32,000 nucleotides of DNA from Candidatus Thorarchaeota archaeon. Lineage in GTDB: Archaea > Asgardarchaeota > Heimdallarchaeia > Hodarchaeales > Hodarchaeaceae. Each line of letters starts with the position of its first letter. The first letter of the stretch is position 1. The stretch is taken from the NCBI GenBank assembly GCA_048882505.1, contig JBHLRO010000012.1, positions 60,001 through 92,000 on the forward strand, in the 5' to 3' direction. Of the stretch, positions 1 to 7,668 are shown one piece after another. A program made the translations under genes and the position numbers. The notes under the pieces are model-generated. The model saw only the letters and a program-made list of their open reading frames with translations. It had not been told where the DNA came from and did no database searches.

Positions 1-2
1 TT

Positions 3-1925
3 CTGGGTCCTGACATTGTTGCGCCAGGTGTTAATATTTCATCTTATAATCATGATGGAATTCCTGTCCGTGGCTCGGGCACGTCTTTTGCAGCTCCATT
101 CGTTACTGGGGCCGTTGCTCTCCTTCGAAGCAATGACGCATTCCCCACCGCCCCACCTAGCCTCATTAAAGCGGCTTTGATGGAAGCAGCAGTGGCATTG
201 AACGACACTCCCCCGATATTGCAGGGGAACGGTTTTCTGAACATTTCTGGAGCCTATGAACGGTTGAAAACGCTACCTGTGTCCCCGTTGTTCTCATTTT
301 CCCCCAAGACGCTATCATCAAGTTTTCCATACTTCGGCCATGGAATAAACGGTATTACGCAGAAATACCGGATTGGTTTATACAGTTCATCGTCGAATGT
401 TACTCTAAAATCCATGAATTCCTCTTTTATTAGCCCTGTAGAAGTATCCATTGGCTTATTGCCGCTTTCTATCGTCAGAGGAGTAAATTTCCTGAATTTG
501 TCTTTATTTATTCCTAATGATGTCGCTATGAACCTTTACGAGGGCCCGCTCATCTTTAGTTTTGCTAATGAAACCATGGAATGGAATATCAATATGACGG
601 TAATGGTTAGAAATCATTACCAAGGAGGGAAGATTCTGTTCTATCAAGGCTATGATAATGACACATTTAGGTCATCAGGACCTGCAGGAACATATAGTCA
701 ATTACAGCTGTTCCTATCGGAATATTACGGAATGTCGGTGACTGGATTAATTCCCCCTGAAAGCTTCTTATCTTTAGGAGGAACCCTTGTCCGGACATCG
801 GAAAGAAAACTGACTTCTGAAGATTTGGAGGGTTTTAATGCACTCGTTTTGGCCGATATTGAGTGGGGAATTTCGGATGAGGAGATCGCCCTCATTCAAG
901 ATTGGGTGGCCGAAGGTCATTCTTTACTTGTTCTCTCTTATCCTTCATGGACAGATAACGAAGGATCGGAATTGTTCTCAAACCAGACCGCAATAAACCG
1001 ACTCCTTGAACCCTACGGAATAATGATTGACGATGATCCTTCCCTTTCAGGGATGCAGAATCCTTGGTTTCCTAGGTTTAAGGAGGCCAAACTACGCCCC
1101 ATAAATCCATTAACTGCAGACGATCAAGTACAAGAAGTTGAATTCAGCTACAATGGAACGTCCTTATCATTACTACCAAGTTCGGGGGCGCAAGTCCTGG
1201 CAACAGCCCCTGACCTTACAAACAATTCTTTTGAAGTTCCTGTTGGAGCATATTGGCAAGATAATACTTCTACTGGAAAAGTATTAGTTTTTGGGAGTGA
1301 ACTCCCGTTTAAGGATGGCAGCTACTCCCTAAGCAGTGCGGCATCAAATGTAGTGATAGCTATTCGGACGTTCCGATGGTTGATTGAAGATCAACGGATT
1401 CCACTTGAATTGTTACTCACCTCTAATCCAGTGGTAGGATCCGCAACGACTATCCAAATTAAGATTGAGGATCCAAGTTTTTTGGTGTCCCAATTTAACG
1501 GAACGGTTGTTGAATCCAACGGGTCCTTTAGTCAAATAATATTTACAAGATCGATTAATGTGTATGTTGGTTCATGGATACCCCAGGCTCAGGGTTTCGC
1601 GTTTCTTTGGTTGAATTTGGGTTCATCGGGTGGCATTCAATCTGGTGGTCCTTTTATCGTCGAAGTAATGGATCCTGCATCATCAAACCTCCTCTTCCTG
1701 ATGATTTTTGGAGGTATTGCTTTACTGGGCCTCTCTTTCTACCTCTATTCATCCCGACAGACGCCTCAAGGATCCCCTCTTGACAGAAGACTTATGGTTC
1801 TTCAAAAACAAAAAAAGGGAACCAAAAAGGTCAGTCTTGAAACCGCTTCAATATGTACAAAATGTCGTACGCCTCGTTACAAGGATAATTCAAAATATTG
1901 TTGGAATTGCGGGAAGGAACTGTAA
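3..1925 (+). CDS. Membrane-anchored subtilisin-like S8 protease (5'-truncated by the window) with Ig-like region, GIFT/GATase-like domain, TM helix and cytoplasmic zinc ribbon; site-1-protease-like layout
   Basis: The frame is open from base 3: LGPDIVAPGVNISS...GSGTSFAAPFVTGAVALL...LIKAALMEAA...QGNGFLNISGAYERL, which includes the catalytic Ser motif, so the ORF-track start at 177 is internal. GIFT-like segment FNALVLADIEWGISDEEIALIQDWVAEGHSLLVLS; TM LLFLMIFGGIALLGLSFYLY; C-terminal CTKC...CWNC. Confidence 0.88.
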   Translation: MGPDIVAPGVNISSYNHDGIPVRGSGTSFAAPFVTGAVALLRSNDAFPTAPPSLIKAALMEAAVALNDTPPILQGNGFLNISGAYERLKTLPVSPLFSFSPKTLSSSFPYFGHGINGITQKYRIGLYSSSSNVTLKSMNSSFISPVEVSIGLLPLSIVRGVNFLNLSLFIPNDVAMNLYEGPLIFSFANETMEWNINMTVMVRNHYQGGKILFYQGYDNDTFRSSGPAGTYSQLQLFLSEYYGMSVTGLIPPESFLSLGGTLVRTSERKLTSEDLEGFNALVLADIEWGISDEEIALIQDWVAEGHSLLVLSYPSWTDNEGSELFSNQTAINRLLEPYGIMIDDDPSLSGMQNPWFPRFKEAKLRPINPLTADDQVQEVEFSYNGTSLSLLPSSGAQVLATAPDLTNNSFEVPVGAYWQDNTSTGKVLVFGSELPFKDGSYSLSSAASNVVIAIRTFRWLIEDQRIPLELLLTSNPVVGSATTIQIKIEDPSFLVSQFNGTVVESNGSFSQIIFTRSINVYVGSWIPQAQGFAFLWLNLGSSGGIQSGGPFIVEVMDPASSNLLFLMIFGGIALLGLSFYLYSSRQTPQGSPLDRRLMVLQKQKKGTKKVSLETASICTKCRTPRYKDNSKYCWNCGKEL

Positions 1926-1927
1926 TA

Positions 1928-2842
1928 ATGCCACCCGCTAGGAAGCCACGAATTTTAACGCACACCGATATGGATGGCGTTTGCTGTGCTGCCCTCTTCA
2001 TACGAAAGTACGGAACAGACGTGGACATTACTTATGCGACAGTTAAACAGGCACACGAATTTGATAAGTCTCAGATCTCATTTGATTTTGTTTGTGACTT
2101 ACCTAAGGTAGGAAATGCAATAAACCTAGATCATCACAAATCAAATCACGAAAATCTGGTGGCGAGAAATCATCTTTCTTCGGAGGACATTGTTGATTCC
2201 CAGTCCCCTTCGGCAACTGAAATCGTATACAATTACTTAGATTTCAAGGGTGACGTCATAGCCAGCGAAATTAGAAAACTTGGGAATCTAGCTGATACGG
2301 CTCAACTACCCTCAAAGTTTCGTCCATTAGATGTAGTATTAAGTATGTTCGCAGATACGCCCACGATTTTAAGACAAATCAGCGCCCTTCTAGCGCAACA
2401 CGGGGATGGAATTCTGCTTTCTCCTTGGTTGAAGGAGAAAGAGGGCGAGATTCGAGAAGTATTCGAACAAACACACAAAACGATTGAAAATTTTCTGAAG
2501 AAGGCTCCTAAACTTGCCCCGATTCTTATTCTGGACACAAGGAACGTAATCCCAGGAAAATTAGCAAAAGAAGTAATCAAACCAATTTTCGAATTAGGAG
2601 TCGCAGTATTGGCCGTAATATATCAAAAATCTTCGGATGAGCCCATACGGGTTTCTTTTCGTGTAACCAAAGGCAAACAACAGGATTATGATGTTTCTCT
2701 GACTGCGATGACATTCGGAGGAGGAGGACATAGCATGGCCGCCGCTTGCTCTCCCGATAAAATGGACATTCCCACAAACCTCAAGAATGAACTTCGAAAG
2801 ATCGCTCTTCCAGGAGACAATATTCAATACTTGCACCTCTAG
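1928..2842 (+). CDS. DHH/DHHA1-family phosphoesterase (NrnA/RecJ-like)
   Basis: Motifs HTDMDG, CDLP, NLDHHK and C-terminal GGGGHSMAAA. ATG at 1928 lies 2 nt after the upstream stop. Confidence 0.85.
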   Translation: MPPARKPRILTHTDMDGVCCAALFIRKYGTDVDITYATVKQAHEFDKSQISFDFVCDLPKVGNAINLDHHKSNHENLVARNHLSSEDIVDSQSPSATEIVYNYLDFKGDVIASEIRKLGNLADTAQLPSKFRPLDVVLSMFADTPTILRQISALLAQHGDGILLSPWLKEKEGEIREVFEQTHKTIENFLKKAPKLAPILILDTRNVIPGKLAKEVIKPIFELGVAVLAVIYQKSSDEPIRVSFRVTKGKQQDYDVSLTAMTFGGGGHSMAAACSPDKMDIPTNLKNELRKIALPGDNIQYLHL

Positions 2843-2854
2843 GACGGTTAAATC

Positions 2855-4051
2855 TTGCGAATCGGAATCTTCTCAGATTCTTGGGTACCTAACCTAAATG
2901 GTGTTGTTATTTCGATAATTAATGAGATAATGAATCTCCGTAAAAAACATGAATTTGTAGTCATTGTTCCAAAACTAAAACAGAGAACCAGGTTTAGAAT
3001 AGAAGGAATCCCGATTTATGAGCTCAAAAGTTTTCCTTTCCCCCCTTATCCTGGCTATAACATCGCTTTTCCTGACAGGAAGTTAAGCCACGCAATACGA
3101 GACGAAAAACTAGATTTTATCCATTGTCATTCCCCTTTTTCCCTAGGATACGCAGCCGTGCTTAGTGCGCGTTTGTTTAATGATTTACCATTACTGAACA
3201 CGTATCACACCGACCTGGTTAAATACTCAGGTCATTTGATAGGAGGATTCCAAGCTAAAAGATTCACACGATGGTTTGAACGTTTTGCGTGGATATATGT
3301 TCGCTGGTTTTATAAATATTCTAATGTAATAGTAACTCCTTCAAAAACCTTACAGCAGGCCCTGAGCTCCCACGGAGTTTTCCCCGTTTATTCTCTCCCA
3401 AACATGCTGTCTAGTGTTTTTTTCTCGACACCTAAGAACGATGAAGTCGAGGCTTTTCAAGCCGAAATCCGTGATAGATTTGCAATTCCGTCTGCTTCTC
3501 GAATAATCCTTTATTGCGGCCGTGTTTCCTACGAAAAAAAGTTGGAAGTCCTCCTAAACGCATTCAAACGGATAGAAAAGGAACGAAATGATGTTTATCT
3601 CCTAATCATTGGTGACGGGCCTCATTTGCAGATGTACAGAAACCAAGCCAAGAGCTTGAACCTCAAACAGATTGCATTCACGGGCTTTATTAGCCACACG
3701 AAACTTCCTCTCGCTTATCGAATGGGAACGTTTATGGTTACCCCATCAGATACGGAAACCCAAGGCCTTACTGTGATCGAAGCTATGAGCCAAGGACTAC
3801 CTGTTATTGGAGTATCGGAGGGGGGAGTAATGGATTACATTGAAAATGGAATAAATGGGTTTTTGGTACCTCCTGGAGATGATGAAGCGCTTGCCAAGAT
3901 GATTGTACGACTATTAAATCAACCTGAACTGGTTTCTGAGTTCAGCCAAGCAGCCACAAAAACTGTAAAGAAGTTCTCTAGAGAAGGGTTTATTTCTCAA
4001 CTAGAACACGCGTTCCGAATCACTATTTCTCGTCACAGTGGAAGGGATTAG
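2855..4051 (+). CDS. GT4 glycosyltransferase, similar to bacterial monoglycosyl-diacylglycerol synthases
   Basis: N-terminus MRIGIFSDSWVPNLNGVVISI, IHCHSPFSLG, TYHT, CGRVSYEKK and EX7E motif ETQGLTVIE. TTG start. Confidence 0.88.
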   Translation: MRIGIFSDSWVPNLNGVVISIINEIMNLRKKHEFVVIVPKLKQRTRFRIEGIPIYELKSFPFPPYPGYNIAFPDRKLSHAIRDEKLDFIHCHSPFSLGYAAVLSARLFNDLPLLNTYHTDLVKYSGHLIGGFQAKRFTRWFERFAWIYVRWFYKYSNVIVTPSKTLQQALSSHGVFPVYSLPNMLSSVFFSTPKNDEVEAFQAEIRDRFAIPSASRIILYCGRVSYEKKLEVLLNAFKRIEKERNDVYLLIIGDGPHLQMYRNQAKSLNLKQIAFTGFISHTKLPLAYRMGTFMVTPSDTETQGLTVIEAMSQGLPVIGVSEGGVMDYIENGINGFLVPPGDDEALAKMIVRLLNQPELVSEFSQAATKTVKKFSREGFISQLEHAFRITISRHSGRD

Positions 4052-4152
4052 ATTCCTTAGTCTTACTCCTTTTTTTCGAAACCACCAATAGAATTAAATC
4101 CAATCTCGTGATAGCCTCTGATACTCATTAGAGAACATAGAACATTTGGATT

Positions 4153-4599
4153 GTGAAAAATATGATTCTTCAACAGAATATTGATTTGAGTGATATAACT
4201 ACACTTATTCTTTTGATCATTGCGATAATCTTGGTTGCAATATTCCTGTACATTGGAACTCGATTAATCGCTGGGAAAAAGGAAACTGATACTGGATACA
4301 TAATACGTCTGTTACTAGTGGCGGCAATAATCGTAATACTGGTTGCGGTCGTAATCGGTACGATCGTTGGTGTTGTTAGCCCCATACCTTATGTTGCTGA
4401 AGCTGCCGCGGGCCTCATACCTGTTTTTATATACCTTGCAATTGTTTATCTGATTAAATTTATCCTAATCCCTGAAAAAAGCGATTTAACAAAGTGGAGT
4501 GCGTCAGTTTGGATTGGAGTTATTACTCTCTTTCTGATATATCTTTTTAACGCTATCACTTTATCCCTTGGTTTTCCAAACATTATCGGAGGAATCTAG
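4153..4599 (+). CDS. Integral membrane protein (about 4 TM helices), unknown function
   Basis: Four long hydrophobic segments separated by short charged loops. Confidence 0.75.
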   Translation: MKNMILQQNIDLSDITTLILLIIAIILVAIFLYIGTRLIAGKKETDTGYIIRLLLVAAIIVILVAVVIGTIVGVVSPIPYVAEAAAGLIPVFIYLAIVYLIKFILIPEKSDLTKWSASVWIGVITLFLIYLFNAITLSLGFPNIIGGI

Positions 4600-4651
4600 A
4601 AAGGTTTTTTTCAGTACCAACCTTCTTTTCCCCTTTTTTTGGTTAGGAAAG

Positions 4652-5437
4652 ATGAAATTGTATCCGAAAATATCACGTCATCCTTTAGGTGTCTTAAAAT
4701 CATTACTTGTGATCTCAGATTGGATCCGTTTTGCTGATCCCGAAACCTCATCCTGGTCGTACAGAAATCAGTCTGTTACCTCAGTAGATCAATCTGTGTG
4801 TATCTTCATCCCCGTAGACTTTAGCCGCCTTATCGAAGATGGCATAACTTATCTTCTGTTGTATGGAGCAGGAATATATTGGACTAAATTCGTTATTACG
4901 CAAGGAATAACGACAGATTCACGTTTTCTTTCGGCCCTGGTGGTAATGGAGGAGAAATGGCTGAACAATCACTTCAATACTGAACCTTTTGTTTTTCCTC
5001 CCGATTTTCCTGGAATAGTTTCGGAAGAAATGCAAGAATTTCCATTCGCTGCAATGCAAAGACAGAACGATACTGGAAATTACGGGAGGCGCGCATTTGG
5101 AAGAGGACTGATTCTAGCTCAATTGGTATTTCCTTTTAAAGAGCCATTGGAGATGTTACGAAAGGCGGCACAGAGTTACGAGACATTTGATTCCCCCAAT
5201 GCGCCAATGAGGGTGCTGATTTCTGATTATGGTAGTATCTCGAACGAAATTATTCTTGAAAATCCAGATCCAGGGTATGAACTGACAATTCCTGGAGTCC
5301 GAGGTACTCGTGCCGTTTTAAGAGACGTTTTTCCCTCTCAATGGAGCAATAAACAGTATTTACAAGGGATAAAACGTGAAACAGCAATCATTGCAAAGGA
5401 TTTCGCTTTTATAGGAGCACCTATGATTCTTGATTAA
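4652..5437 (+). CDS. Hypothetical protein
   Basis: Long ORF co-oriented in the cluster. ATG 4652 avoids overlap with the upstream gene. No motif recognised. Confidence 0.65.
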   Translation: MKLYPKISRHPLGVLKSLLVISDWIRFADPETSSWSYRNQSVTSVDQSVCIFIPVDFSRLIEDGITYLLLYGAGIYWTKFVITQGITTDSRFLSALVVMEEKWLNNHFNTEPFVFPPDFPGIVSEEMQEFPFAAMQRQNDTGNYGRRAFGRGLILAQLVFPFKEPLEMLRKAAQSYETFDSPNAPMRVLISDYGSISNEIILENPDPGYELTIPGVRGTRAVLRDVFPSQWSNKQYLQGIKRETAIIAKDFAFIGAPMILD

Positions 5438-5828
5438 GGAAAAATTGAAAATGGGATCAGCCAAAGATAAATCTGTGAATTCTAGCATATGGAATGAGGA
5501 CCAACGCAAGCTGTTGAAATATAGCCTCTCGAATATTATGGCAACATACGCGGATGAACCACGATATCGATCTAAAAGGTATTTTCTTGCGACACCTTTC
5601 CAGGAGGCAACAGGATATCAACAATTTGACGTAGAGAGTGATTCTCTAGAAGAGATGTTATTTAAAGCGACAGAAATCTTGAAAACCAATGATTTTACTT
5701 CTTTGAATCTGGAAACGGAGGAAGGTGTCCCGATCCTTACAGTTAAATTGCGAAAGGCAGAAGACCGGTACACAGTAGTTGTCCACGACATCGTTACTGA
5801 TTTAAAAGTTTGTAGCATCCTTCTTTAG
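5430..5828 (+). CDS. Hypothetical protein (start 5430 TTG or 5451 ATG)
   Basis: ORF overlaps the upstream stop in operon style and has a protein-like composition. No motif recognised. Confidence 0.6.
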   Translation: MIKEKLKMGSAKDKSVNSSIWNEDQRKLLKYSLSNIMATYADEPRYRSKRYFLATPFQEATGYQQFDVESDSLEEMLFKATEILKTNDFTSLNLETEEGVPILTVKLRKAEDRYTVVVHDIVTDLKVCSILL

Positions 5829-6341
5829 TTCCTGAATCGTCAAATGGGTTAAATCCAATCGAACTAGTAGGGTATTTGCCGTACCAAGATGATCGAACTT
5901 CTTAAAACCCCATTTTGAGTAAAATCGTCGTGCTGGTATGTTATTGTTTTGCACTCCCAGCTCAATCGCGATTTTACCATTGCCAAGGGCTTCCCGAATT
6001 ATATATTCCATTATAAAACTCCCGATTTGTTGCCTCTGCCAATCTCTTTTTATTACAATGGCAGTAATCCAAACGATTTTGGGTTCCTCATTAAGCCAAA
6101 GGTAACCTAAGGCCTCCCCTGCGCCTTCTATAATAAAAACTCTGTGATATGGGTTTGTTATTGCCTCTGCTACATCTGCAAACCATTTCGACCAATTAAG
6201 CTTACCTTGCCAAGCTTCCACCAATATTGGTTGCATTTCCTTAAAAGAAACTTTTTCAATAAATCCCATGTCCGCGGAAGTTGCGCGACGTAATATAATT
6301 TCTGGATTCTTGGAAATCAATATGGAATCGATGTTGTACAT
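5802..6341 (-). CDS. GNAT-family N-acetyltransferase (RimI-like)
   Basis: LGYLWL, acetyl-CoA motif A IVIKRDWQRQQIGS, motif B LGVQNNNIPARRFYSKWGF. Confidence 0.88.
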   Translation of the reverse strand: MYNIDSILISKNPEIILRRATSADMGFIEKVSFKEMQPILVEAWQGKLNWSKWFADVAEAITNPYHRVFIIEGAGEALGYLWLNEEPKIVWITAIVIKRDWQRQQIGSFIMEYIIREALGNGKIAIELGVQNNNIPARRFYSKWGFKKFDHLGTANTLLVRLDLTHLTIQELKKDATNF

Positions 6342-6528
6342 TTTCTACTTTCACATTTCGGTCTATTTCTTGGAATGGTGGGTGCGTACAACAATTTCTA
6401 GGGTGAGATTAATAAACTGCTGCCGCCACTCTATGAACCTTGGTAAATGAATAAAGCAAACCGTGAGCTCCATAATAACCGTTGGCACGATCTTTTTCTT
6501 GCCATGTTCTATTTCAGGCGATTGGAAT

Positions 6529-7566
6529 TTGCGAGTAAATTTCATTCTTGATATGGAGAAGAGTCTCCGTGGTAGTGGGGTATATAGTTCCGCAGTACGG
6601 TTTGCTAGGGAACTTGAAAGACTTGGAGTTAATGTAGCTATCAATGGAAAATCCACCTCCTATGATGTTATCCATTTCCATACCTCGTTACCACAGTCGC
6701 TGCTTAAAGCCCAACTGATAAAACGGAGGAGGAGTACGAGTTCAAAATACCCTCAGATAGTCATGACTGGACACACTACTATAGAAGACTTTCGTGATAG
6801 TTTTCTTTTTTCCAATAGAGTGGATTTCGCACTTGTTCCCTACTTGACGAAGTTCTACGGCCTGGCCGACTACTTGGTGGCAGTAAGTGAGTATAACCGT
6901 TCGATTCTCCGGCGTTATGGTTTTAATTCAGATCAAATACACGTCATTTCCAATGGAATTGATTTGAACCGGATCAGAGAAAACAAGAATCTTAGGAGGC
7001 TGGCAAGAGAGTTTCTGCAAGTAAAAGAAAAGCAATTCTTGATAGTAAATGTAGGGATTTGCATTTATAGGAAAGCGCCTGATTTATTCGTTGATGTAGG
7101 TGTGAATACTCCAGAACATCGATTTCTGTGGATTGGGAAGTACTGGCCCTTAGGAACTATTGCCCATTCTCCTTACCTCAGAGAAAAGTTCCAGAAGGCA
7201 CGACAGGTTCCAAATATTCAATTTACGGGGTATGTGTCTCGACAGACACTAGAAGCCTTATGGAATGCTGCCGATATATTTCTTTATATGAGTAGAGAGG
7301 AAAATCAAGGAATTGCGCTTTTGGAGGCAATAGCATATGGAAAAATTCCAATTGTACGAGATCATCCCGTTTTTGATTGGTTAACACATAAAAAGGATTG
7401 TTTGAAGGGTGAAACTGTTCAAGAGTTCACAGAATTGATAAGAAAACTGAGAGCCCATCCTGATGAACTCCGAAAAATCCGAAAAAACGGGCAACAGATC
7501 GTTCAAAATCACGATATTCAAAAATCAATTCGTGAACTCGCAAATCTATATGCCGAGATCTGCTAG
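6529..7566 (+). CDS. GT4 glycosyltransferase, CpoA-like (diglycosyl-lipid synthase type)
   Basis: TTG 6529 gives MRVNFILD. Motifs SGVYSS, GHTTIEDFRDSF, ISNGIDL and EX7E motif ENQGIALLE. Confidence 0.85.
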   Translation: MRVNFILDMEKSLRGSGVYSSAVRFARELERLGVNVAINGKSTSYDVIHFHTSLPQSLLKAQLIKRRRSTSSKYPQIVMTGHTTIEDFRDSFLFSNRVDFALVPYLTKFYGLADYLVAVSEYNRSILRRYGFNSDQIHVISNGIDLNRIRENKNLRRLAREFLQVKEKQFLIVNVGICIYRKAPDLFVDVGVNTPEHRFLWIGKYWPLGTIAHSPYLREKFQKARQVPNIQFTGYVSRQTLEALWNAADIFLYMSREENQGIALLEAIAYGKIPIVRDHPVFDWLTHKKDCLKGETVQEFTELIRKLRAHPDELRKIRKNGQQIVQNHDIQKSIRELANLYAEIC

Positions 7567-7668
7567 AGGGAGATTGGAATTGGAAGCTATATTTATCTCC
7601 CTCACCCCTGTATCGCCCTTTTCTTACGTTATTGGTGCAAGATATCCACACTAGGCCACATAAACTAT

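Noticed and set aside
6363-6656. 97-aa minus-strand ORF and the other short ORF-track entries overlapping long genes (e.g. 16289-16729, 19506-19907, 28934-29350, 31047-31307, 13700-14008)
   Set aside because: They are antisense or alternative-frame shadows of well-supported genes and have no recognisable motifs.
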